DNA of 64,000 bases, from positions 24,800,001 through 24,864,000 of the forward strand of contig OX597824.1 of assembly GCA_951406725.2 (NCBI GenBank), in the 5' to 3' direction. Source of the DNA: Octopus vulgaris (lineage: Eukaryota). Of this stretch, positions 42,503-53,949 are shown piece by piece. The first letter of the stretch is position 1, and the number at the start of each line of letters is the position of its first letter. The translations under genes and the position numbers were made by a program. The notes below the pieces were generated by a model. That model was not told the DNA's origin and ran no database searches. It saw nothing but the letters and a program-made list of their open reading frames with translations.

Positions 42503-43122
42503 AGGCGGCGAGCTGGCAGAAACGTTAGCGAGCCGGGCGAAATGCTTAGCAGTATTTCGTCTGCCGCTACGTTCTGAGTTCAAATTCCGCCGAGGTCGAC
42601 TTTGCCTTTCATTCTTTTGGGGTCGATTAAATAAGTACCAGTTACGCACTGGGGTCGATATACTCGACTTAATCCGTTTGTCTGTCCTTGCTTGTCTCCT
42701 CTGTGTGTAGCCCCTAGTGGACAGTAAAAAAATAAGAAACGTTAGTACGCCGGACGAAATGCTTAGCGGTATTTCGTCTGTCGTTACGTTGTGAGTTCAA
42801 ATTCCGCCGAGGTTGACTTTGCCTTTCATCCTTTCGGGGTCGATAAATTAAGTACCAGTTACGCACTGGGGTCGATGTAATCGACTTAATACCTATGTCT
42901 GTCCTTGTTTGTCCCCTCTATGTTTAGCCCCTTGTGGGTAATAAAGAAACAGGTATTTTGTCTGTCTTTACATTCTGAGTTCGAATTCCAACGAGGTCGA
43001 CTATGTCTTTCATCCTTTCGGGGTCGATAAATTAAATACCAGTTGCGTACTGGAGTCGATCTAATTGACTGGCGGCCTCCTCTCCCACCAAAATTTCGGG
43101 TTTTGTGCATAGAGTAGAAAAG
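42503..43122 (+). mobile_element. SINE family D, three head-to-tail units; inverted single copy at 41461-41690
   Basis: Head GGCGGCGAGCTGGCAGAAACGTTAGC, B box GAGTTCAAATTCC, repeated core. Confidence 0.88.
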
Positions 43123-43137
43123 AATAATGTATATATA

Positions 43138-43291
43138 GGTGCATGAGTGGTTGTGTGGTATGTCGCTTGCTTATCAACAACATGATTCCTGGTTCAGTCC
43201 CATTGCGTGGCACCTTGGGCATGTGTCCTCTCTCGAGCCGACCAAAGCCTTGCGAGTGGATTTGGTAGAGGGAAACTGAAGCAAGCCCGTC

Positions 43292-43369
<78 letters not shown>

Positions 43370-43563
43370 TTGTGTGTTTGTGTTTGTCCCCCAACCATCG
43401 CTTGACAACCGATGTTGATGTGTTGTCGTCCCTGTAACAAAAGAATCCGATAGAATAAGTACTAGGCTTACAAAGAATAAGTCCTGGGGACGATTTGTTC
43501 GACTAAAGGTGGTGCAGCATGACCGCAGTCAAGATTACTGAAAGAAATAAAAGAATAAAAGAA
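43138..43563 (+). mobile_element. SINE family C, diverged
   Basis: Collinear with consensus; internal (TG)n. Confidence 0.8.
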
Positions 43564-43759
43564 TGTCTGGTCCGTTGAGGACGACCTTGTCTTTCTTCCT
43601 TTAGGTTTCGATAAAACAAGTACCAGTTGAACACGGGGTGGGGGGTCGATGTAATCGACTCGTCTCCGCCCCCCAAAACTGCTGCCCTTGTGGAAAAATT
43701 TGAAACTATATGTATATATGTTTGAATGTGTATTTATGCATGTTAGTTGTTCTGTCTCA

Positions 43760-44193
43760 GGATCTTTTCGGTTTGAACGGCAGTTTTTTTCTAGCGGTGT
43801 CATATGAAATTGTCACCCATAATTATGACCCTAGAATCGATCTATTGCATTTCAATCTGTTTTAGGGTTAGGCTTAGGCTTAGGGTTAGGGGTGGGGTAA
43901 GGGTATCTTTTTTTCTTCACAAATGTAAATAAACCCAATCTGTTTCTTAAACGAGGGACATATTCATACGGCACAGAATGTTTCTTTTACCTCAATAGAC
44001 GTCATTGATTGGTTGAAATTGCAGAAATTGAAGAAAAAAAACCAACAAATATCTTACAAGCTATAGAATTTTCTCAATAAAGCCAAGAGAAAACGATGTT
44101 TTATAAACACATTCTACCAGTATACGAAGTTTAAAAGGGTTTAGTTACGTGGAAATTATTTTTAAAAAACTGCCGTTCAAACAGAAAAGATCC
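43760..44193. mobile_element. MITE with GG-starting ~29 bp TIRs and 8 bp TSD (Merlin-like), with internal telomere-like repeats
   Basis: TIR GGATCTTTTCGGTTTGAACGGCAGTTTTT / AAAAACTGCCGTTCAAACAGAAAAGATCC; perfect TSD CTGTCTCA (43752-43759, 44194-44201). Confidence 0.88.
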
Positions 44194-44931
44194 CTGTCTC
44201 ATAAGCATAAGCATACATTTACATATTCCTGAATGTATGTGTGTGTGTGTGTGTATGTGTGTGTGTGTGTGTGCGTGTGTGTGCGTGCGTGCGCCCGCGT
44301 ATCTGTAAGCACATATATATGTTCTTTGTATATTTGGAAGGAACTCCCTTACTTCAAAAATATCTACAGGAACGCAGATTTGGAGGAAAAGGGAAGATAA
44401 AAGGCAAGAGAGAGGGAGAGGGGGTGAGGGGGAGAGGAGGAGATGGGGTGAGGGGAGAGGGGGTGAGGGGAGAGAGAGAGAGAGAGACTCGGAAGGGGGA
44501 TGGTAAGAGATGGTCGTGGGGAAAGAAACAGCAGACCCTTTTCCAATAAGAGACAAACACACTCTCCAACGGCAGCAGCAGTTGCTAACGTGGTTCCTTC
44601 TACATGGTCATTCGATCCGCTAGAAACAACAGCCAAATTACCTTTAAAATTACACCTTACCAACCAAAAAAAAAAAAAAAAAAAAAAAAAAGGAAATACA
44701 CAAAGAAAAGAAAAAGAATGCATTCAACATTACAAGCAATAGCTGGAATAAATGGAAAGGCTAGTGGCTGGGATGTGTTTTGTGATGGTGATGTATCCCT
44801 TGGAATAGGTCTGACCTGGGGCTATACAAACAGCTATAATAGCAAAGAACGGCAACTCCCGAGTTCGTACGTTCTCAATTTACTTGGAAGTCCCCGCCAT
44901 TCATGTGTTCTGCCACACACCCAGAAACCTA

Positions 44932-44968
<37 letters not shown>

Positions 44969-45142
44969 TTACTACTACTTAAACTACATCTCGCTCCAAC
45001 ATACACTCGCCGTCTCCCCTACCATATATATATATATATATACTTTTACATACGCACCTACGTATATATTTATATATATAGATATATATATATATATATA
45101 TATATATGTGTATACGTATATATATATATATATATATGTGTG

Positions 45143-45201
<59 letters not shown>

Positions 45202-45232
45202 GTGTGTATATATATATATTATATATATATAT

Positions 45233-45289
<57 letters not shown>

Positions 45290-45536
45290 GTATGTATGGG
45301 TACCAGTCGCTTCAGCTGTTCTCAACAGACGGCCAAAGAACGCGAAGAAGGGAGTAGAGTAACTCGAGAGAGAGAGAGAGAGAGAGAATCTCTTGTCTGA
45401 GACGTTTGCCTTTTTAAGAAAGAAAACGAGCACACGATACCAGCTAGTCAGTAACTCAACCCCCCATTAAGTCGTTGATAAAAAAAGAATTAAAAAAAAA
45501 AAGAAGCACCGTACTATTTATATACACGCGCACGCT

Positions 45537-45577
<41 letters not shown>

Positions 45578-46579
45578 ACACGCACACACACACACATTCA
45601 CTTACACACCCCACCGAACAAGCATACACACACACACGTAAGGGGATTTCTGATGCCGAAGTCTTTCTTCTGTGTCTATTAAACAGCTGTGCTTTTTTTT
45701 TTTTTTTTTTTCTCTCTCTTCTTAAGTATGCGTGCACCCGAATGCTGACGACTGGCTGGCTGGCGTGCTGGCTAGCTGGCGTGCTGGCATGTGTGCTGGC
45801 GATGACGTCCCAGGCGATTTAATGATCGTAACTCGGTTTCGATTCTTCTGCACCGCATCGTTAATATATGTTTTTTTTAAAAATTATTTTATTTGTTTCA
45901 GTAACTGGAGCACCGTCTTGAAGTACTTATTTTATTTATTTGTTGTTAATTTTTAAAATTTCATTTTTTTTTTCTTAAAGTTTCAGCTCAGAGCTGCGGC
46001 CATGCTGAAGCACCGCCGTTTTCCGCTACACTGTTATTACTAGGAGCCTCCTCTAATATGTGGCACTTGATGAAGAATGATATAGCTACCCTCATTTGCA
46101 CCTCTTGCCGTGAGGTAGGTTCATCTGGGACTCTCGACAGGAAGAGGTCCAGCTTTGATTTAAACCTCCCCCCACATCTACTTTGTGCAAGTTCCTCAGA
46201 CTCTTTGGGAGAATACTAAAAAGCTGTGGGCCCTTGAAACCCAGGCTGTTGTTTATTTTTATCTATCTATTTTTAAAATTTATACCTGGCACTTATTTTA
46301 TCAATCTGTTTTGCAGAAAAGTTAAATTACGGGGACATAAACGAACCACAGTCGGTTGGCAAACGGTGGTATCAGAAAAACACAAAGCAAACACAAAATA
46401 TCATACATACACAAATACTTATATACATATATGTATGCATGCATGTATGTATGTATGTATTATGCATACATGCATATATATATATACACATATATATGCA
46501 TATATACATATATATATGTGTGTATATATATATAGAGAGAAAGAGAGTCTATACATATACATAGTCTGTCTGTCTGTCA

Positions 46580-46635
<56 letters not shown>

Positions 46636-47602
46636 CACCGTGATCGACCAGGTCATCAGATGTTGCTACACATCGCTGGTCACAATGCGCTTCGCATTGT
46701 TTTAGCCTTCAAATGGCGCCACCCCGCTGGCTAAGCGAGCAGGCCAACAAAAGAAACAATGAGCGAAAGTTGTGGCGAAAGAGTACAACTCAATAAACAC
46801 TCACAACGCCCGGTCTGTGAATCGAAACCTCGATCCTACGACCGCGAGTCCGCTGCCCTAACCAAGTATATGATGTACTTGCTACTTTGTGGCACTTTGC
46901 GCCAGTGTCTTTTACTATCATCCCGATCCGACCAATGTGTTGTGAGTAAATTTGAAAGCGGGAAACGGAGACGTTATGGAGACTTGTATGCTCATGGCGA
47001 TTCCTCTCAACAATATATCACCAACAGTCACATATGTGCTTACCTCTTCCCCACATTGTGTTACAAAGGTGACTGCTAGTCAGAAACTAACATCATCACC
47101 AATGTCTTTGACGGTCAGCTTTATGTTTCTTCTACCAAATACTGCGGAACTAGCTTTTGGGAGAACTATTTAAGCTCGGGTCTTCGCCCCATCCTCTGTT
47201 TTAAAAATACATACATAGTGTCAAAAACTCTGCCTCTCCGAAAGAAAATGATTTCACTTGAAATATTTTCGAGGACTATCTTCAATTCGAGTTTGGATGA
47301 GATCAGATAACCGTCGTGTGGAAGAGAATTCATCAAATTCTTTACTGCCCCACCCCAGCTGCAGTCGAAGGGAATTCTAATAATTTGACCTGCAAAAACG
47401 GTGTAGAAAGAATTTTGAAACGCTAACAAACCAGATACACTAAGGAACTATACAAATCTGAAATGAGACCTACAATGAGATTTTTGTAACAAAATCTGGG
47501 ACATTACTGCTGTTAACATCTGAGATCGATTCCAAAATATGGAGCACATGTTCCATTACACTTCAAACTTAAAGTCCACAAGCGCGATGACTTTCATTTA
47601 AA

Positions 47603-47960
47603 TGACCACATGGTTACGGGTTCAGTCCCACTGCGTGGCACCTTGGGCATGTGTTTTCTACTATAGCCTCAGGCCGACCAAAGCCTTGTGAGTGGATTTG
47701 GTAGACGGAAACTGAAAGAAGCCCATCGTATATATGTATATATATGTATGTTTGTGTTTGTGTGTCTGTGTTTGTCCCCCCCACCACCAACATCGCTTGA
47801 CAACCGATGCTGGTAACTTAGCGGTTCGGCAAAGGAATCCGATAGAATAAGTGCTAGGCTTCCAAAGAATAAGTCCTGGTGGTCGATTTCCTCGACTAAA
47901 GGCGGTGCTCCAGGATGGCCGCAGTCAAATGACTGAAACAAGTAAAAGAGAGTAAAGAGT
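47603..47960 (+). mobile_element. SINE family C, 5'-truncated
   Basis: Collinear with consensus. Confidence 0.85.
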
Positions 47961-49809
47961 ATATCTCATCAGAGTAAGCTAAATGAGTGCCAACTACACT
48001 TGTATCTCTTCTCTTCATCACACCTTTTCGCTTTCTCCACAGTAATCACTTTTTAGAAGTTTTCCTTTCCATAGCCTGCATGTCTTGAATTGGGTTATAG
48101 ATGCCGAAGATGATCTCTCTCTCCATATTTTAAGTTTTGGGTTTGGAACATTTCGTTTTTATTCCAACAAATTCCGATGTTTTACACTTTCATTTCCGCT
48201 GGATACCATCATTCGATCACGTAAAAATATTAGCTTTAAAGTTCAATAATTTTAGAGTAAGGAATACTAAAAAGAAAAAAAAAAAAGAAAAGAAAAAACG
48301 ACAGCACACAGGGAACTTAATTAAAATTCGCTGGTTTAAACAGTGGCACAGCTGAAGTGTGTACCACTCGGGGTAGCTCTTCAGTTTGCGCGCCCCCTGC
48401 GGCTCCCAAGCCTCTACAAGCTTATACAGCAGACTCGCCCGTAGTGGACTGCCCATCACTCCTCCCCGTCTACCTTGCGGGGTTCAAATTGGTATCAAAG
48501 TTTACCGGCACCGTAAATTTTTGGTTTATCCTATTTGTGCTGCTCAAGCGCAAACTCACTCGTCACAGAGGATGTCCTATGAAATAGTCAAACACGAACT
48601 GGAAATCTAAGCCAACTACAAAATAAAAGTGAGTTAAGTTACTTGATCATTGCTATTTATTAAGAGAAATATGGCCGCTGTTTGTAACAGGTCGAGCGAC
48701 TGCAGAGGTCATGTGACTAGATGTAAATGAGTGAAAACTGAAAGAAAATAGTAAGAAGCGGAAGTATTAAAAATGTGAGTTAAGTACCAGGCGAGAATCT
48801 GCTGGTAGAATATAAAATATCCGTTCCTGTGACATCAGAACATTTTTCACCATCTCAAACAACGACCGCGAGAATGTAGCAGCCAAATTTCTCTCGACTC
48901 AGGGAAAGGAAAAAAGAGGAAGGAACCATGAAGCTTTACTTTTTCGGTGACTCCGAGACTGGCGGAAGGTAGTAAACTTTAAATTAGATATCTAGCCCCA
49001 AATGCTTGTAACAGAATGAATTCCACTAACGGTGGCCGAATACCAGGTGTGGTGTTATAAAACAGGAAATGGATTAAATCAACTAGCCAAGGACCTGAAA
49101 CACAAGAACATACGGAATGAATATCTCAAATATTTTCGTCGGACGCCCAAACAATTTCGCTAATCCAACATATTGGATGGTACTTTACTTTATCGATTCC
49201 CCATTAAATTGAAAGGCAAAGCTGGCCTCGGTGTTGATAATCGGAACAAACACCGCGAAGACGCATGGCCCCGTGTAATAAATTCGCGGTTTAATTTTCG
49301 ATGTTACTATGTGGCACCAGTGAAATTTGATAAACGGAAACTATGCATTTCGCTGAAGACTTTTCCATTCCTGTCCTTGGGAAATAAACAAACACCATCA
49401 CCAGGCCCGTGGGTGCCTTTCGAAGAATTCATTCAACTTGGTTGCAAGCATTTCTGGCAAGTTATCTGGTTTCAGGATGGCTACGGCCATCCTGCAGCCT
49501 CGGGCAAATAGGATAGACCAAGAATTTGCGGTGCTATGCAAACAAACAAGATCTTATACTACATCCTTTATATTTTGTTGCAGTCATTGGATTGCGACCA
49601 TGCTGGGGCACCACCTTGAAGGGTTTCAGCCGAAAAAAATTGCGCCCCGACTCAGTATTTATATCTTTTAAAGTCTCGTACTCATTCCATCGGTCTCTTT
49701 TGGTGACTGGTAATTTACTGGGATGTTAATGAACGAACACCGGTTGTCAAGCAATAGTATGAGGAGGACACTTACGCTAGAAACAGACAGACAGACAGAT
49801 GGATGGATG

Positions 49810-49886
<77 letters not shown>

Positions 49887-50225
49887 GACGGGCTTCCATA
49901 GTCTCTACCTAATCCACTTATAAGGCTTTCGTCGACCCGGAACTGAACACAAGACCACGTGACTGGGAAAGAATCTTCTTAACCACTACCTTGTTTAATT
50001 TACTACAATATTTAAAACAAAAACCAGGGATTTCTTTTGCTTGGTCTTTATATATAAAGGGAGGCTAGATATGGTTCAAGAAATTGGAGGAGGTAGGGTA
50101 AGGCCCCCTAGAGTTAACACACTTTAAGAAACAACAGCCTAATCACTTCTCTGGAAAACGTGACATTGTATGATTCAAATGTGGAGAATCTTGCCTCTCT
50201 CAATATTTCCCATGGACACCCTCTA

Positions 50226-50735
50226 TACCTATTTCTTTATTACCCACAAGGGGCTAAACACAGAGGGGACAAACATAGGTATTAAGTCGATTATATCGAC
50301 CCCAGTGCGTAACTGGTACTTATTTAATCGACCCCGAAAGGATGAAAGGCAAAGTCGACCTCGGCGGAATTTGAACTCAGAACGTAAAGGCAGACGAAAT
50401 ACCTAATTCTTTATTACCCACAAGGGGCTAAACACAGAGGGGGCAAACAAGGACATACATAGGTATTAAGACGATTACATCGACCCCAGTGCGTAACTGG
50501 TACTTAATTTATCGACCCCGAAAGGATGAAAGGCAAAGTCGACCTCGGCGGAATTTGAACCCAGAACATAATGGCAGACGAAATACCTATTTCTTTATTA
50601 CCCACAAGGGGCTAAACACAGAGGGGAGAAACAAGGACGGACATAGGTATTAAGTCGATTACATCGACCCCAGTGCGTAACTGGTACTTAATTTATCGAC
50701 CCCGAAAGGATGAAAGGCAAAGTCGACCTCGGCGG
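50226..50735 (-). mobile_element. SINE family D, tandem array of ~175-185 bp units
   Basis: Three near-identical units joined at GAAATA|GGTATTTCGTC (minus). Confidence 0.88.
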
Positions 50736-50930
50736 ACTATACCTGTGGTCCCCAAAGTGGGCGGTACCGCCACCCTGGGGGAATGATGGAAAGATCTAAA
50801 GGGCGTTGAAGAAAAATGGAGAGACCAAAACGGGGCAATGGATGTAAAAAAGAAAAACAAACGAAATAAAGAATTAGGTTAAGTTTCATTTGTGAAATAC
50901 TGCTGTTTTGAATTTGCTGCAAAAAATGGT

Positions 50931-51200
50931 CTAGTTAGTTAGTTAGTTAATTTGGCTCAAAAGCAAATAGCAAGGCCATGTAGGGGGACATGGAGTTAAG
51001 AAGTACAGGGTGGTGTTCATGTAAAGAGTTCAGGCCACTTGAGGTCAAGGGAGACTTTGAACAAAGCGGTCGTCGGCATCTTCACCATCTCGTCTGGCAG
51101 CTTATTCCACGGATCCGCAACCCGGACGGAGAAAGCTCCCCTCCTTCGATTGAGACGAAATCGTCGCAGGTAGAGCTTTTCGTGATGGCTTCCAGTATTC
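50931..51200 (-). mobile_element. CR1-group LINE 3' end with (TAAC)n tail, inside a probable hAT MITE remnant (50742-51299)
   Basis: Minus-strand translation HEKLYLRRFRLNRRRGAFSVRVADPWNKLPDEMVKMPTTALFKVSLD, typical of the CR1 ORF2 C-terminus; outer ends CTGTGGTCCCCAAAGT / AAGTTTGGGAACCACA. Confidence 0.8.
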
Positions 51201-51370
51201 AGAAAAGTTCGATTCCTGACGTTTTGACCTGTATCCTTCAGGCACTAGGAATGTGGCCTTAGAATCAAGGGGGCGGCAGCCTGAAAGTTTGGGAACCACA
51301 ACTCAATACAAACAGGATCTTAGACGATACTCAGAGCAAAACACAAGAGGTGAAAAACAAGAAATCACAC

Positions 51371-53179
51371 AGGAGTGGCTGTGTGGTAAGTAGCTTGCTT
51401 ACCAACCACATGGTTCCGGGTTCAGTCCAACTGCGTGGCACCTTGGGCAAGTATCTTCTACTATAGCCTCGGGCCGACCAAAGCCTTGTGACGTGGATTT
51501 GGTAGACGGAAACTGAAAGAAGCCCGTCGTATATATATATATGTGTGTGTGTGTTTGTCCCCCCAACATCGCTTGACAACCGATGGTGGTGTGTTTACGT
51601 CCCCGTAACTTAGCAGTTCAGCAAGAGACCGTTAGAATAAGTACTAGGGTCGATTTGCTCGACTAAAGGCGATGCTCCAACATGACCGCAGTCAGAGGTA
51701 TTAGCAGCCAACCCTGTATCAGTAGGAAATTGCTTAGAAACAAGTTATAGACGCAAGTGAATGTCTCCCATTGTGAAGACATTCATAACTTTACATCGTA
51801 AAACTTCGTATTAGTCAACAGGCTTTCAGTTTCTGTTTACCAAATGCCATAAACAAAGGCGCGTACTCAGAAGGCCATGCGATGAGAGCGAACACTAAAC
51901 CGTGTTGTTTTGAATAACATCACAACAAACCAAACAAGCTCGGAGCTGGCAGAAACGTTAGCACGCCGGGCGAAATGCTAAGCGGTATTTCGTCTGCCGT
52001 TACGTTGTGAGTTCAAATTCCGCCGAGGTCGACTTTGCCTTTCATCCTTTCGGGGTCGATAAATTAAGTACCAGTTACGCACTGGGGTCGATGTAATCGA
52101 CTTAATACCTATGTCTGTCCTTGTTTGTCCCCTCTGTGTTTAGTAAAGAAATAGGTATTTCGTCTGCGTTATGTTGTGAGTTCAAATTCCGCCGAGGTCG
52201 ACTTTGCCTTTCATCCTTTCGGGGTCGATAAATTAAGTACCAGTTACGCACTGGGGTCGATGTAATCGACTTAATACCTATGTCTGTCCCCTCTGTGTTT
52301 AGCTCCTTGTGGGTAATAAAGAAATAGGTATGTAAGGACCTAGGCGCAGACGTGGATGTGTGGTAAAAAATTTGCTTCCCAACCACATGGTTCCGAATCG
52401 GTCCCACTGCATGGAACCTTGGGCAGGTGTCTTCTACTTATAGCCTCCAGCCGACCAAAGGCCTCTGTGGATTTGGTAGATGGAAACTGAAAGCTCAGTG
52501 GACACACACATGTATGTGTGTTTGTTTACTCCACCACAGCTTGATAACCGGTGTTGGTGTGTTTACATCATGGTAAGTTAGCATTTCGGCCAAAGAAACT
52601 GGCTAAGTTAGTACCAGGCTTTTAAAGATTCATTTGACTGGCAATACCCCAACCTGACTGAAATAAGTAAGAAGAAATAATCTTGCAAAAGAACCTCGTT
52701 TAGAAAGCTACAGCCATTTTTCTTGCCAAAATGTACACATTTCTATGGAAATTCCATTCACAGAATGTTTTAACCAGAAGCCATGGATGTATATTTTCCA
52801 GGCGCAGGAGTGGCTGTGTGGTAAGTAGCTTGCTTACCAACCACATGGTTCCGGGTTCAGTCCTGCTGCATGGTACCTTGGCAAGTGTCTTCTACTATAG
52901 CCTCGGGCCGCCAAAGCCTTGTTAGAGGATTTGGTAGATGGAAACTAAAAGAAGCCCGTCGTATATATGTGTGTGTGTGTGTGTGTGTGTTTGCCCCCCA
53001 AAGATTGCTTGACAACCGATGCTTGTGTTTTTACGTCCCCGAAACTTAGAGGTTCGGCATAAGAGACCGATAGAATAAGTACTAGGCTTACAAATAATAA
53101 GTCCCAGGGTCGATTTGCTCGACTAAAGGCAGTGCTCCAGCACGGCCACGTTCAAATGACTGAAACAAGTAAAAGAGTA
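51371..53179 (+). mobile_element. SINE cluster: C (51371-51694), D tandem (51943-52331), diverged C (52342-52680), C (52800-53179)
   Basis: Direct alignment by eye to other copies in the window. Confidence 0.85.
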
Positions 53180-53949
53180 TATGTGGAGACCAAAATAGCA
53201 GAAAATTACCAATCTGCTACCCACTTCTGTAAACCCTTCATGCCAGTAAAGAAATGAGATTCCTAAAGTCTCAGTGGAGAAGATAGGTGGGGGCTTCAGT
53301 TTCAGTAAAGTTCAATTCCTGAAGTTTTCACCTGTATCCTTCAGCAGGATGGGCTTAATAATATAGTATGATTTCTCCCCACTGTTCCACCTGTAGCAGA
53401 ATACACCCCATGTTACCTCCATAACATCTGATCATTGGTAAGAGCATTCAGGAAAAGTATGACAGGACTTGATCATGTGGTGAACAGGTTTCCAACCAGC
53501 TTCTCTTTCTATATACCTTCTAAACAGATCTTGACACAAACCACTCAGAGTACTTTATTTCTGATGTCTAGTAATCGGTAGTAAAATGGTTGTCTTAGAT
53601 CTTCTAATTCTGGTTATATTCTTCCAGCAATTTAATCCAGGCTAGAATGTGTCAACTTAACTTCTGTGATGGTGAAAATGGTCTATGACTGATCGTATTC
53701 CATAAATTCAATATGGGTGAAAGATATAAGATTATATACCACATTTGATGGCACATTAAATGCACCTAGTTTCCGCAGATAATGTTATGCTTTACTGCAT
53801 TGAAGCTAATACAGGTCCAACTATGGATTAAAATAAACAAAAAGCCCATCTGATATGTCATCAAATTCGGTATTTTGGCAAAAAGATGCTTTTTTTTTTT
53901 CTTTTTGCCAGCTATTGCTTTTTAACATGAAAAACAGAAGACATGAATA

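Noticed and set aside
43861-43902. True telomere or chromosome-fusion scar
   Set aside because: Only ~6 mixed units, enclosed within a TIR element with a TSD.
46950-48600. Possible RTE LINE remnants (KASSAVFGRRNIKLT; LLYKLVEA..PQG) on the minus strand
   Set aside because: Similarity is weak and the fragments are not in collinear order; a tBLASTn/HMM search is needed.
50226-50735. Retrozyme interpretation of the SINE-D tandem arrays
   Set aside because: No CUGANGA...GAAA hammerhead core was found on either strand of the unit.
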